Assembly (NCBI GenBank): GCA_035715525.1
Contig: DASTLA010000004.1
Span: 1-49,899 of the forward strand
Reading direction: 5' to 3'
DNA: 49,899 nt
From: Nitrospiraceae bacterium
GTDB taxonomy: Bacteria > Nitrospirota > Nitrospiria > Nitrospirales > Nitrospiraceae
Part shown: piece by piece, positions 37,629 through 46,919 of the stretch
Numbering within the stretch: position 1 is the stretch's first letter
Layout: each line of letters starts with the position of its first letter
The notes under the pieces: generated by a model
What the model saw: only the letters and a program-made list of their open reading frames with translations
Database searches by the model: none
What the model was told of the DNA's origin: nothing
Made by a program: the position numbers and the translations under genes

Positions 37629-37645
37629 CCGGCAAAACTTGCCGG
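37629..37645 (+). terminator. stem-loop after the PilZ gene
   Basis: CCGGCAA-aac-TTGCCGG forms a 7-bp stem 37 nt after the stop. There is no U-tract. Confidence 0.3.
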
Positions 37646-37759
37646 TGATGACGCCCGCAGGCCCATGGATTGGTCGAAATCGCAGCACTTCGGCCGCAGC
37701 TCGGCTGCTGCGAATCGGCACACATCTTGCCAGTTCCGATCGCGAGGAGCTCACCGCAG

Positions 37760-38236
37760 ATGCCGATCAGTGCGAACGTGGCCATAGACCGAGGCGTCGT
37801 CATTCACCATCCGGAACTGGTGAACCTCTACGGCTGCCGCATTGGCACCGACACCAAGATCGGCGCCTTCGTCGAGATTCAGAAGAACGCAACGATCGGC
37901 AGTCGATGCAAGATTTCCTCGCACAGCTTCATCTGTGAAGGCGTGACCATCGAAGACGATGTCTTTGTCGGCCACGGTGTGGTCTTCATCAACGACCGAT
38001 ATCCGAGAGCAACAATCAATGGGCGTCTGCAATCCGAAGCGGATTGGACCGTGATGCCGATCCTCGTGAAGCGGGGAGCGTCCATCGGAAGCGGGGTCAT
38101 CGTCATGTGCGGCGTCACGATCGGAGAGGGAGCGCTCGTAGGAGCCGGAGCGGTCGTGACCCGCGACGTGCCTGCCGGTGCCACGGTCCTCGGCCTGCCT
38201 GCCCGCGTGACCGCCATGAAACGGAGGAGCGCTTAA
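37760..38236 (+). CDS. hexapeptide-repeat (left-handed beta-helix) sugar N-acetyltransferase, WbpD/WlbB-like
   Basis: Repeated [LIV]-G-x4 hexapeptides (IGTDTKIGAFVEIQKNATIGSRCKISSHSFI...IGSGVIVMCGVTIGEGALVGAGAVV). GAGGAG RBS 9 nt upstream of ATG 37760. Confidence 0.85.
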   Translation: MPISANVAIDRGVVIHHPELVNLYGCRIGTDTKIGAFVEIQKNATIGSRCKISSHSFICEGVTIEDDVFVGHGVVFINDRYPRATINGRLQSEADWTVMPILVKRGASIGSGVIVMCGVTIGEGALVGAGAVVTRDVPAGATVLGLPARVTAMKRRSA

Positions 38237-38237
38237 G

Positions 38238-39275
38238 ATGATCGGTGTCGGTGTCATCGGCTTCGGCTATTGGGGCCCCAATTTAGTGCGGAACTTCCAT
38301 GAAATGCCGGATGCCAGAGTCTTGGCGGTGAGCGATCTCAGGATGGAACGCCTCAGCCTCGCGGCCTCCCGCTATCCGGGGATTACGGTTACGACGCACG
38401 TACAGGAATTGCTTCGCTCTCCTGCGGTCGACGCGGTCCTCATCGCCACGCCGGTCTCGACGCATTACGAACTCGCGCTGCAGGCACTGCGGGCCGGGAA
38501 GCATGTGCTGGTGGAAAAGCCGCTGACGACGACTTCCGAGCAGGCCCTGAGACTGTCGGAAGAAGCCGACCGGCGCGGTCTGACGCTGATGGTGGATCAC
38601 ACCTTCGTCTACACGGGCAGTGTGCGAGCGATGAAGGAGCTGTTGGCCAAGGGCGACATCGGGGATCTTTATTACTACGATTCGGTCCGGGTGAACCTCG
38701 GATTGTTCCAGCACGACGTCAATGTGCTGTGGGACTTAGCCGTCCATGACCTCTCCATCATGGATCATCTTCTGCCCTGCAGGCCTCGGGCAGTGTGCGC
38801 AACCGGCATGCGGCATTTCCCCAAGGAGCCGGAGAATATCGCGTACCTCACGCTGTTCTACGATTCCTCGTTGATTGCGCACATCCATGTGAACTGGCTC
38901 GCGCCGGTGAAGGTGAGACGGACGCTCATCGGCGGCAGCAGAAAAATGATCATGTATGACGATGTGGAGCCCAGCGAAAAAGTGAAGGTCTACGACAAGG
39001 GCGTCATGACAGAAACGCAGCAGGCCGGGAGCGAGGCTATGTACAAGATGCTGGTGGGCTATCGCGCCGGGGACATGTGGGCGCCCCAGCTCGATACCGC
39101 CGAAGCCCTCAAAAGAGAAGCACGACATTTCCTCGATTGCATTACGGACCGACAAATCCCTCTGACCGGTGGCGAAGCGGGGACGCGTGTGGTCCAAATT
39201 CTCGAGGCCGCGTCGCGGTCCATGGCGGAACGCGGGCGCTTGATCGAGGTTGAAAGCATGAGGCTGGCGGCATGA
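38238..39275 (+). CDS. Gfo/Idh/MocA-family NAD-dependent sugar-nucleotide dehydrogenase (3-dehydrogenase-like)
   Basis: N-terminal Rossmann motif GVIGFGYWGPNLVRNF and the EKPL motif (HVLVEKPLTTT). It is flanked by an acetyltransferase and a DegT aminotransferase. Confidence 0.85.
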   Translation: MIGVGVIGFGYWGPNLVRNFHEMPDARVLAVSDLRMERLSLAASRYPGITVTTHVQELLRSPAVDAVLIATPVSTHYELALQALRAGKHVLVEKPLTTTSEQALRLSEEADRRGLTLMVDHTFVYTGSVRAMKELLAKGDIGDLYYYDSVRVNLGLFQHDVNVLWDLAVHDLSIMDHLLPCRPRAVCATGMRHFPKEPENIAYLTLFYDSSLIAHIHVNWLAPVKVRRTLIGGSRKMIMYDDVEPSEKVKVYDKGVMTETQQAGSEAMYKMLVGYRAGDMWAPQLDTAEALKREARHFLDCITDRQIPLTGGEAGTRVVQILEAASRSMAERGRLIEVESMRLAA

Positions 39276-40387
39276 TTCCGCTTGTGGATCTTCAGACGCA
39301 GTATCAGGGGATTTGTGAAGAGATTCAGACGGCAATCAGCCGGACGCTGGTGAGCGGGCAATTTGTACTCGGCCCCGAGGTGGCGACGTTCGAGAAAGAG
39401 TTCGCAGCCTATTGCGGCGCCGCTCACGGGGTCGGCGTCAACTCAGGCACGAGTGCGTTGCATCTGGCGCTTCTGGCGGCCGGCATCAGGGCCGGTGACG
39501 ACGTGATCACTGTGCCGTTTACATTTGTCGCCACGGTGGCCGCGATTCGCTATGTCGGAGCCAATCCGATTTTTGTCGATATCGATCCAGCTTCCTACAC
39601 GATGGATGTGAGCCGGCTGGAAGCGGCTTTGACCGACAAAACGAAGGCAATCATCCCGGTGCATCTATATGGTCAACCAGTCGACATGGACCCTTTGATG
39701 GCATTCGCGCGGCAACACAAGCTCGCGGTGATCGAAGATGCGGCCCAGGCTCATGGCGCGCGCTACAAGGGACGGCCGGTGGGAAGTCTTGGAGACTATG
39801 GCTGCTTCAGTTTCTATCCCGGAAAGAATCTCGGAGCGTACGGGGAAGGCGGCATGATCGTCACCAACGAGGATGCGGCTGCCGACCGCCTTCGTCTGCT
39901 GAGAGACTGGGGAGCCCGGGAGAAGTACCATCATGACACCCTTGGCTTCAACTATCGGATGGAAGGAATTCAAGGCGCCGTCCTTCGGGTCAAGCTGCGA
40001 TATCTCAACGCGTGGAACCAAAGACGCCGGGATGCCGCCGGCCTATACTCGCAGCTCTTAGAGCCTGAAACCTGCGCCGTCCCTTCCATCATGCCCTTCG
40101 CTGAGCACGTGTTCCACCTCTATGTCGTCAGAGTCAAGGAACGGGAGGCGCTGCAACGTTTCCTGCAGGCAAAAGGGATCTCCACCGGCATTCATTATCC
40201 GATTCCAGTGCATTTGCAGAAGGGCTATGCGCTTGCCGCTTATCCTCCGGGAGCATTTCCCGTAGCAGAACGGGCGGCGCGAGAAGTGCTTTCTATCCCG
40301 CTCTATCCGGAAATCACCCCCGGTCAAGTCGAGATGGTCGCTCGCGCCCTGTCCGATTTCGGTCACCTTCGGAGGATGGCGGCGTGA
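39272..40387 (+). CDS. DegT/DnrJ/EryC1-family PLP-dependent sugar aminotransferase
   Basis: FEKEFAAYCGAAHGVGVNSGTSALHLAL and the PLP-lysine context FSFYPGKNLGAYGEGG. ATGA overlap with the upstream gene. Confidence 0.9.
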   Translation: MIPLVDLQTQYQGICEEIQTAISRTLVSGQFVLGPEVATFEKEFAAYCGAAHGVGVNSGTSALHLALLAAGIRAGDDVITVPFTFVATVAAIRYVGANPIFVDIDPASYTMDVSRLEAALTDKTKAIIPVHLYGQPVDMDPLMAFARQHKLAVIEDAAQAHGARYKGRPVGSLGDYGCFSFYPGKNLGAYGEGGMIVTNEDAAADRLRLLRDWGAREKYHHDTLGFNYRMEGIQGAVLRVKLRYLNAWNQRRRDAAGLYSQLLEPETCAVPSIMPFAEHVFHLYVVRVKEREALQRFLQAKGISTGIHYPIPVHLQKGYALAAYPPGAFPVAERAAREVLSIPLYPEITPGQVEMVARALSDFGHLRRMAA

Positions 40388-41391
40388 AAACTCTGTTCGT
40401 GGGCGGTACCAAGCGAGGATTTCTCACGCTGAAAGCGCTGCTCGAAAGCCGGGCCCAGGTCGTGGGAGTGCTGAGCCTCGCGCAGGATGTGCACGAACAG
40501 GAGCGGTACGAGGAGCGCATCAGAGCATTGGCCGCACAATACGCTGTGCCCATCCGCGAGACCAAGTTCGTTCGTTCTGCTGAGTTCGCCCGTTGGGCGG
40601 CAAGGGATCTCGGCGCCGAAGCAGCCATTGGAGTCGGCGTGAGGATCCTGCTTCCGCAGGATTTCTATACAGCGTTTCCCAAGGGTTGTTGGGGAGTGCA
40701 CGACAGTCTGCTGCCGGAGTATCGCGGGTTCGCGCCGTTGAACTGGTCCATCTTGAACGACGAATCCAGGACCGGCGTCAGTTTCTTCCGGATCTCCGAA
40801 CGCATGGACGGCGGTGAGATCCTCTTGCAGCGCGAGGTGCCGATCGGGCGCAGCGAGACTGCTCCGGAAGTATATCGAAGCGTGTGTGATGCGACGGTTC
40901 ATGCCGTGCTTGATGGATATCGAATGTTGGACGAGGGAAAGGGAGCCCCGAGACTTCAAGACTATTCAAAAGGCTCCTTCACCTGCGCCAGGACCCCGGC
41001 AGACGGCTGTATCGACTGGACGCAATCGACGCGAACGATCTTCAACCTCATCCGCGCTCTCACCTTTCCCTATCCCGGCGCCTACACCCACTATCAGGCT
41101 CGGCGTCTGGTCGTAGTCGCGGCCGAAGAGGTGCGGAATCCTCCCCGTTACATAGGCCGCATTCCCGGCCGGGTCGTTCGATTTGCTCCGGGGCATGGCG
41201 TCGATGTGCTGACCGGCGACGGATTGCTGACGCTTACACGGGTATCAACGGACGGGCAGACGATCAAGCCGGCCGAGGAGATCATCCGCTCCGTCAAGAC
41301 GAATTTGGGGCTGTGCATCGAGGACCTGGAGCAGCGAGTCATGGAACTTGAACGGCGCCTGGAGGCTATGACGGTGCATGCGCATCACTAA
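40384..41391 (+). CDS. formyltransferase-family protein (putative sugar N-formyltransferase)
   Basis: Catalytic motif HDSLLPEYRGFAPLNWSI plus a C-terminal Fmt-like domain. GTGA overlap with the aminotransferase stop. Confidence 0.85.
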   Translation: MKTLFVGGTKRGFLTLKALLESRAQVVGVLSLAQDVHEQERYEERIRALAAQYAVPIRETKFVRSAEFARWAARDLGAEAAIGVGVRILLPQDFYTAFPKGCWGVHDSLLPEYRGFAPLNWSILNDESRTGVSFFRISERMDGGEILLQREVPIGRSETAPEVYRSVCDATVHAVLDGYRMLDEGKGAPRLQDYSKGSFTCARTPADGCIDWTQSTRTIFNLIRALTFPYPGAYTHYQARRLVVVAAEEVRNPPRYIGRIPGRVVRFAPGHGVDVLTGDGLLTLTRVSTDGQTIKPAEEIIRSVKTNLGLCIEDLEQRVMELERRLEAMTVHAHH

Positions 41392-42367
41392 CGCGAGGGT
41401 TTTGATCACCGGTGGGGCCGGGCTGATCGGCTCCCACATCGCGGATCTCCTCATTCGAGAGGGAGCCGGCGACATCGTCATTCTGGACAATTTGTCTCGG
41501 GGGCGACGAGAGAATCTTGCCTGGGCGTTGCAGCATGGAGCGGTTACGCTCATCGAAGGCGACGTCAGGGATCGCGCGACGCTGCGGCATGCCATGCGGG
41601 GCATCGATATTGTGTTTCACCAGGCGGCGATCCGTATCACGCAATGTGCCAAGGAGCCGCGGCTCGCGTTGGAAGTGCTCGCCGACGGCACGTTCAACGT
41701 GTTGGAAGCGGCCGTCGAAACCGGCGTTAAGAGGATCGTCGCAGCCTCGTCGGCGTCGATCTATGGGATGGCCGACGATTTTCCCACCTCTGAACGTCAT
41801 CACCCCTACAACAATCGGACGCTGTATGGCGCCGCCAAGGCGTTCAATGAGGGATTGCTGCGCAGCTTCAATGACATGTATGGCCTGTCGTATGTGGCGC
41901 TTCGCTACTTCAACGTCTACGGGCCGCGCATGGATGTATACGGAGCTTATACCGAAGTGCTCATCCGCTGGATGGAACGGATTGCACAGGGTCTGCCGCC
42001 GCTCATCCTTGGCGACGGCACCCAGACGATGGATTTCGTCTATGTCGAGGATATCGCGCGTGCCAATGTTTTGGCCATGCAGTCCGACGTGACGGATGAG
42101 GTCTTCAATGTCGCGACCGGAATCGAGACCAGCCTCAATGAGCTCGCGCGGCAGCTGCTGACGGTGATGGGCTCGGCGCTGCAGCCGGAGTATGGCCCGC
42201 CGCGTGCCGTCAATCCGGTCCCTCGCCGTTGGGCTTCGACCGAAAAGGCAGACAAGCTACTGGGCTTCAAAGCCCAAACGACGGTGGAGGAAGGGTTACG
42301 GCGGCTCGTCGGTTGGTGGCGAAGCACGTCGGCGCCGGTGCTTGACCAATCGAAGGAGGCCGCATGA
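41378..42367 (+). CDS. NAD-dependent epimerase/dehydratase (extended SDR)
   Basis: [10 protein letters not shown] glycine motif and a YxxxK context (YGAAKAFNE). Confidence 0.85.
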   Translation: MRITNARVLITGGAGLIGSHIADLLIREGAGDIVILDNLSRGRRENLAWALQHGAVTLIEGDVRDRATLRHAMRGIDIVFHQAAIRITQCAKEPRLALEVLADGTFNVLEAAVETGVKRIVAASSASIYGMADDFPTSERHHPYNNRTLYGAAKAFNEGLLRSFNDMYGLSYVALRYFNVYGPRMDVYGAYTEVLIRWMERIAQGLPPLILGDGTQTMDFVYVEDIARANVLAMQSDVTDEVFNVATGIETSLNELARQLLTVMGSALQPEYGPPRAVNPVPRRWASTEKADKLLGFKAQTTVEEGLRRLVGWWRSTSAPVLDQSKEAA

Positions 42368-43386
42368 AGCGCGCCCTGATCACCGGCATCACGGGGCAGG
42401 ACGGTTCGTATCTCGCAGAGCTGTTGCTGGGAAAAGGGTATGAAGTCCACGGACTCGTCCGCCGCGCCAGCACGTTCAATACGGGGCGGATCGATCACCT
42501 GTTCCAGGATCCTCATGTCGCGGATGCCCGTTTGCACCTCCATTACGGCGATCTCGCCAATTCCGAACAACTCACGAACGTGATCTACAACATCAGGCCG
42601 GAAGAGATTTACAACCTTGGAGCGCAGTCGCATGTGAAGGTCAGCTTCGACATGCCTGAATATACCGGGGAAGTCACCGGCTTGGGAGTGACCCGGCTGC
42701 TCGATGCCATCCGCCGCAGCGGAATCACGACCCGGTTCTACCAGGCTTCGAGCTCGGAATTATTCGGCGATTCGCCGGCGCCTCAAAACGAGTGCACGCC
42801 CTTTCGCCCGCGGAGCCCCTATGCGGCGGCCAAGCTGTATGCCTATTGGATGACGGCCAACTACCGTGAGGGATACAGCCTCTGGGCCTGCAACGGCATC
42901 CTGTTCAACCACGAGAGTCCACGGCGCGGTCCGACATTCGTGACCAGAAAAATCACGATGGGGGTCGCCGCAATTCTCGCCGGCAAGCAAGACAAGCTCT
43001 ATCTCGGGAATCTCGATGCGAAGCGGGACTGGGGCTATGCCCCGGACTATGTCGAAGCCATGTGGCTGATGCTGCAACAGGAACGGCCGGAGGACTTCGT
43101 CGTCGGCACAGGAGAGGTCAGAACGGTGAGGGAATTCGTCCAGGCGGCCTTTGCCCATGTGAACCTGGATTGGCGGGACTATGTGGTGACCGACCCGCGG
43201 TATTACCGGCCGACGGAGGTCGCGCACCTGCTGGCCGACGCATCGAAGGCCAAATCCAAGCTCGGATGGGTGCCTCGCGTCACATTCGAGGAACTCGTTC
43301 GGATCATGGTGGAGCACGATCTGCGGGCCCTGCGAGGGGACGTGCCCGAGGGTCGTACCAAGGCGGTCAAGTCGTTGGCGGCCTAG
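42364..43386 (+). CDS. gmd: GDP-mannose 4,6-dehydratase
   Basis: [37 protein letters not shown] and [12 protein letters not shown] are characteristic Gmd blocks. Confidence 0.95.
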   Translation: MKRALITGITGQDGSYLAELLLGKGYEVHGLVRRASTFNTGRIDHLFQDPHVADARLHLHYGDLANSEQLTNVIYNIRPEEIYNLGAQSHVKVSFDMPEYTGEVTGLGVTRLLDAIRRSGITTRFYQASSSELFGDSPAPQNECTPFRPRSPYAAAKLYAYWMTANYREGYSLWACNGILFNHESPRRGPTFVTRKITMGVAAILAGKQDKLYLGNLDAKRDWGYAPDYVEAMWLMLQQERPEDFVVGTGEVRTVREFVQAAFAHVNLDWRDYVVTDPRYYRPTEVAHLLADASKAKSKLGWVPRVTFEELVRIMVEHDLRALRGDVPEGRTKAVKSLAA

Positions 43387-43413
43387 CGCAGAGAGTTGTA
43401 CGGAGAAGGCACG

Positions 43414-44400
43414 ATGGGATTCTGGGGCGGGCGCGCCGTTCTGGTGACGGGAGGGAACGGATTCATCGGCAGTCACCTGGTGGAACTTCTGGTTAAGGAA
43501 GGGGCTCGAGTCACGTCCACTGCCTCGACCGAAGCCGGCAGATTTCGCTATCTGGATCGGGTGAAACAGGACATTCGAACCGTCGTTGGCGATCTCGCGG
43601 ACCCAGACATCGCCCGGCGGGCGGTCCGAAATCAGGACACCGTCCTGCATCTCGCTGCGAGAGTCGGCGGCATTCAATACAATCTCGACCATCCGGCCTC
43701 GATCTTTCGTGACAACATGACGGCATTTCTATCGGTGATGGAAGCGGCACGGTCCGAGGGCGTCCCGCGCTTCGTCGTCACCAGCTCCGCCTGCGTCTAC
43801 CAGCGGCACTGCACGGTCCCGACGCCGGAGAACGAAGGGTTTGTCGGGAGACCGGAGCCCTCCAACGAAGGCTATGGGTGGGCGAAGCGGATGGAAGAGT
43901 ACCTTGCGGCTGCCTATGCCGGCGAATATGGGCTGTGCGTGCGCGTGGCCCGACCGTACAACGCCTATGGGCCTCGGGATAATTTTGACGAGGCATCGAG
44001 TCACGTGATTCCCGCTCTGATCCGGCGTGTGGTTCGCGGCGAAGATCCCCTGGTCGTCTGGGGCGATGGGCAAGCGACCAGAAGCTTCCTCTACGCAACC
44101 GATTTCGCCCGCGGGCTCATGGCGGTGGCGGAGCACAGCCGGGATGCCGAAGCGATCAACATCGGAAGCGACGAAGAAGTGTCTATGGGAGATCTCGCCC
44201 GAATGATCGTGGAGGAATCGGGGCAATCCACTCGGATCGTTTTCGATCCGTCACGGCCGACGGGGCAACCTCGGCGTGCGTGTGACACCAGGAAGGCTCA
44301 ACGGCTGCTCGGGTATCGGGCTGCCGTGCCGCTGCGTGAAGGACTCCGTCAGACGCTCGAATGGTACCGCTCTCACGTTCCGGCTGAGGCGGCCGGATGA
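43414..44400 (+). CDS. GDP-4-keto-6-deoxymannose epimerase/reductase family protein (Fcl/ColC-like)
   Basis: TGGNGFIGSH, VGGIQYNLDHPASIFRDNM, YGWAKR and SHVIPALIRR resemble GDP-fucose synthase family blocks. ATG 43414 has a GGAGAAGG RBS, whereas the track start at 43396 is TTG. Confidence 0.78.
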   Translation: MGFWGGRAVLVTGGNGFIGSHLVELLVKEGARVTSTASTEAGRFRYLDRVKQDIRTVVGDLADPDIARRAVRNQDTVLHLAARVGGIQYNLDHPASIFRDNMTAFLSVMEAARSEGVPRFVVTSSACVYQRHCTVPTPENEGFVGRPEPSNEGYGWAKRMEEYLAAAYAGEYGLCVRVARPYNAYGPRDNFDEASSHVIPALIRRVVRGEDPLVVWGDGQATRSFLYATDFARGLMAVAEHSRDAEAINIGSDEEVSMGDLARMIVEESGQSTRIVFDPSRPTGQPRRACDTRKAQRLLGYRAAVPLREGLRQTLEWYRSHVPAEAAG

Positions 44401-45731
44401 ACGCGATGCCGCCTTCCATGGCAACGGCACTTCAGTCGGGCGGTGAGTCCGATGCCTCGGCATTGCGAGATCGCCTGCATGATCTGATCAGACGGTATGT
44501 CGGGACCACGCGGCGACCGTACCCGCCGGATGCCCTTCAGCTGGCTCGGACCACTCTCGATGCAGACGAGCTCATCGCCGGCCTGGACGTGCTGCTCGAC
44601 GGGCACGTCACGATGGGGGCCCAGACGACGGCCTTCGAAGACGAATGGTCACGCTGGCTACCGGCGGATTTTTCGCTCATGGTCAATTCCGGGTCTTCGG
44701 CAAACCTCCTCATGTTGGCAGCGCTGGCCTTTCCCGGCCTGGCCGAGGGGCTGCGCCCGGGCGACGAGGTCATTCTGCCGGCGGTGGGTTGGTCGACCTC
44801 GTTGTTCCCTATCGCCCAAATGGGTTGCGTACCCGTGCTGGTCGATGTAGACCCCGAGACATTGAACCTGGATCCCGAACGGGTCGAGGAAGCCGTCACC
44901 GGAAAGACACGCGCGATCCTGGCGATCCATCTGCTGGGCAATCCCTGCGACGTCCCCCGCCTTTTGGACATCGCCCGGGGGCACGATCTGATCCTCTTGG
45001 AAGATTGCTGCGAGGCTCACGGCGCCGCGATCGAGGGACGTCGCGTCGGCACGTTCGGCACGTTGTCCTCTTACAGCTTCTTTTATTCCCACCACATCAC
45101 GAGCGTGGAGGGCGGAATGGTCTGTGGGCAGGATCGCGTCGCCTGGCGAGATCTGCTGATCTCGCAGCGGGCGCATGGATGGATTCGTGGGAGGAGCGAC
45201 GAGCGGGCATGGACTGCGGCCCATCCCGATCTGGACCCGCGCTGGCTGTTCGTGACGCCGGGGTATAACGTCCGTCCCACCGATCTCAATGCAGCGATCG
45301 GTCGAGTGCAACTGAAGAAGCTGCCTTCGTTCGTCGAGAAGCGAAGGACGATCCGGACCCGCATCTTGGAGCAATTGAGGCCGTTCGGACATCTCCTCTC
45401 GTTCCAGCAGGAACGCCCGGGACACATGCACTCGGCCTTCGGCCTGTCCCTTGTCGTGCGCCCTGAGGCGCCCTTTACGAGGCAGGCCTTGCAGTCCTAT
45501 TTGGAATCACGACGGGTGGAGACCAGGCCGATCGTCGGCGCCAATCTGGCGCGACATCCCGTCATGCGCCATGTCCCCCACCGCCTGTCGGGCAGCCTCG
45601 TCAACGCCGATCTGATCCATCGCAACGGATTGATGATCGGCAATCACGCAGACCTCACCGATAGGCAAGTGGACTATCTTGGGAGCTGTATTGCGGAATT
45701 CATCCATTCGATCGTGCAACGGGCAGCATAG
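44397..45731 (+). CDS. ColD/RfbH-like PLP/PMP-dependent sugar-nucleotide 3-dehydratase
   Basis: DegT-fold protein in which the usual Schiff-base Lys position reads His (SYSFFYSHHITSVEGG). VNSGSSANLL block. It follows gmd and the fcl-like gene. Confidence 0.75.
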   Translation: MNAMPPSMATALQSGGESDASALRDRLHDLIRRYVGTTRRPYPPDALQLARTTLDADELIAGLDVLLDGHVTMGAQTTAFEDEWSRWLPADFSLMVNSGSSANLLMLAALAFPGLAEGLRPGDEVILPAVGWSTSLFPIAQMGCVPVLVDVDPETLNLDPERVEEAVTGKTRAILAIHLLGNPCDVPRLLDIARGHDLILLEDCCEAHGAAIEGRRVGTFGTLSSYSFFYSHHITSVEGGMVCGQDRVAWRDLLISQRAHGWIRGRSDERAWTAAHPDLDPRWLFVTPGYNVRPTDLNAAIGRVQLKKLPSFVEKRRTIRTRILEQLRPFGHLLSFQQERPGHMHSAFGLSLVVRPEAPFTRQALQSYLESRRVETRPIVGANLARHPVMRHVPHRLSGSLVNADLIHRNGLMIGNHADLTDRQVDYLGSCIAEFIHSIVQRAA

Positions 45732-45749
45732 CCGCCGACTGAAAATGCC

Positions 45750-46919
45750 ATGGCTATTCCTTTAACCAAACTCATGGTAGGCGGGGAGGAGCGCTCGGCT
45801 CTCGACGCAGTCCTGAGCTCGTCGTGGCTCACGCAAGGACCGCAGGTCGCAGCCTTCGAGCGGGAATTCGCCGACGCCGTATCCGCCCCCTATGCCTGTG
45901 CGGTTTCCAACTGCACCACGGCCCTCCATTTGGCGCTGCGGGCTGTGGGGGTCGGCGCCGGTGACGAGGTGGTCACGGTGAGCCACTCCTTCATCGCCAC
46001 GGCCAACAGCATCCGGTACTGCGGCGCGATTCCGGTGTTCGTCGATATCTCGGACGGCGGGTTCAATATCGACCCGGCGCTCATCGAAGCGGCCATTTCG
46101 CCGCGAACCAAGGCGGTGCTCTGCGTGCACCAAGTGGGGATGCCCTGCGATCTCGGGGCCATCCTTTCGATCGTACGCGCTCGCGGATTGCCGCTCGTAG
46201 AGGACGCTGCCTGTGCGATCGGGAGCGAAATCTCGCTTCATGGCCGCTGGGAACGCATCGGACGTCCTCACGGCGATGTGGCCTGTTTCTCATTGCACCC
46301 GCGTAAGGTGATTACGGCGGGGGAGGGCGGCATGTTGACGACGGCCAACCGGGAATATGATCGCCTCTTTCGCCTCTGGCGGCAACACGGCATGACGGTC
46401 AACGACCGCCAGCGCCACGAAGCCGACCAAGTGCTGTTCGAGGCCTACGAGGATCTCGGCTACAACTACCGGATGACCGATCTGCAGGCGGCAGTGGGAC
46501 GTGCCCAGCTGGCGAAGCTGCCGCAGATCATTCCTATGCGACGGGCGCTGGCCGCTCGGTACCACGATCTCCTGAAGGACGGGGCATGCATCGCTCCGGA
46601 TGAGCCCTGTTGGGCGCGCAGCAATTGGCAAAGCTATTGTGTCGGACTGCCGGCCGGCTGCGACCAGCGCAGGGTCATGCAGCGCATGTTGGACGCGGGG
46701 ATCACGACCAGGCGGGGCATCATGTGCGCGCACCGCGAACCGGCCTATGCCGATGAGCATTGGCGTGCCGGCAGCTCCCTCCACCGTAGTGAACAGGCGC
46801 AGGATCGCTCCCTGCTGCTCCCCCTGTTCCCAGGGTTGACGGGGCAAGAGCAAGTCGAGATCGTCACATCTCTGCATCTCGCCGTCACCGGCGAGGCGAC
46901 GTCTGCGAGGGCCGCATGA
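45750..46919 (+). CDS. DegT/DnrJ/EryC1-family sugar aminotransferase (second true aminotransferase)
   Basis: VSNCTTALHLALRAVG and a retained PLP lysine (FSLHPRKVITAGEGG). Confidence 0.88.
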   Translation: MAIPLTKLMVGGEERSALDAVLSSSWLTQGPQVAAFEREFADAVSAPYACAVSNCTTALHLALRAVGVGAGDEVVTVSHSFIATANSIRYCGAIPVFVDISDGGFNIDPALIEAAISPRTKAVLCVHQVGMPCDLGAILSIVRARGLPLVEDAACAIGSEISLHGRWERIGRPHGDVACFSLHPRKVITAGEGGMLTTANREYDRLFRLWRQHGMTVNDRQRHEADQVLFEAYEDLGYNYRMTDLQAAVGRAQLAKLPQIIPMRRALAARYHDLLKDGACIAPDEPCWARSNWQSYCVGLPAGCDQRRVMQRMLDAGITTRRGIMCAHREPAYADEHWRAGSSLHRSEQAQDRSLLLPLFPGLTGQEQVEIVTSLHLAVTGEATSARAA

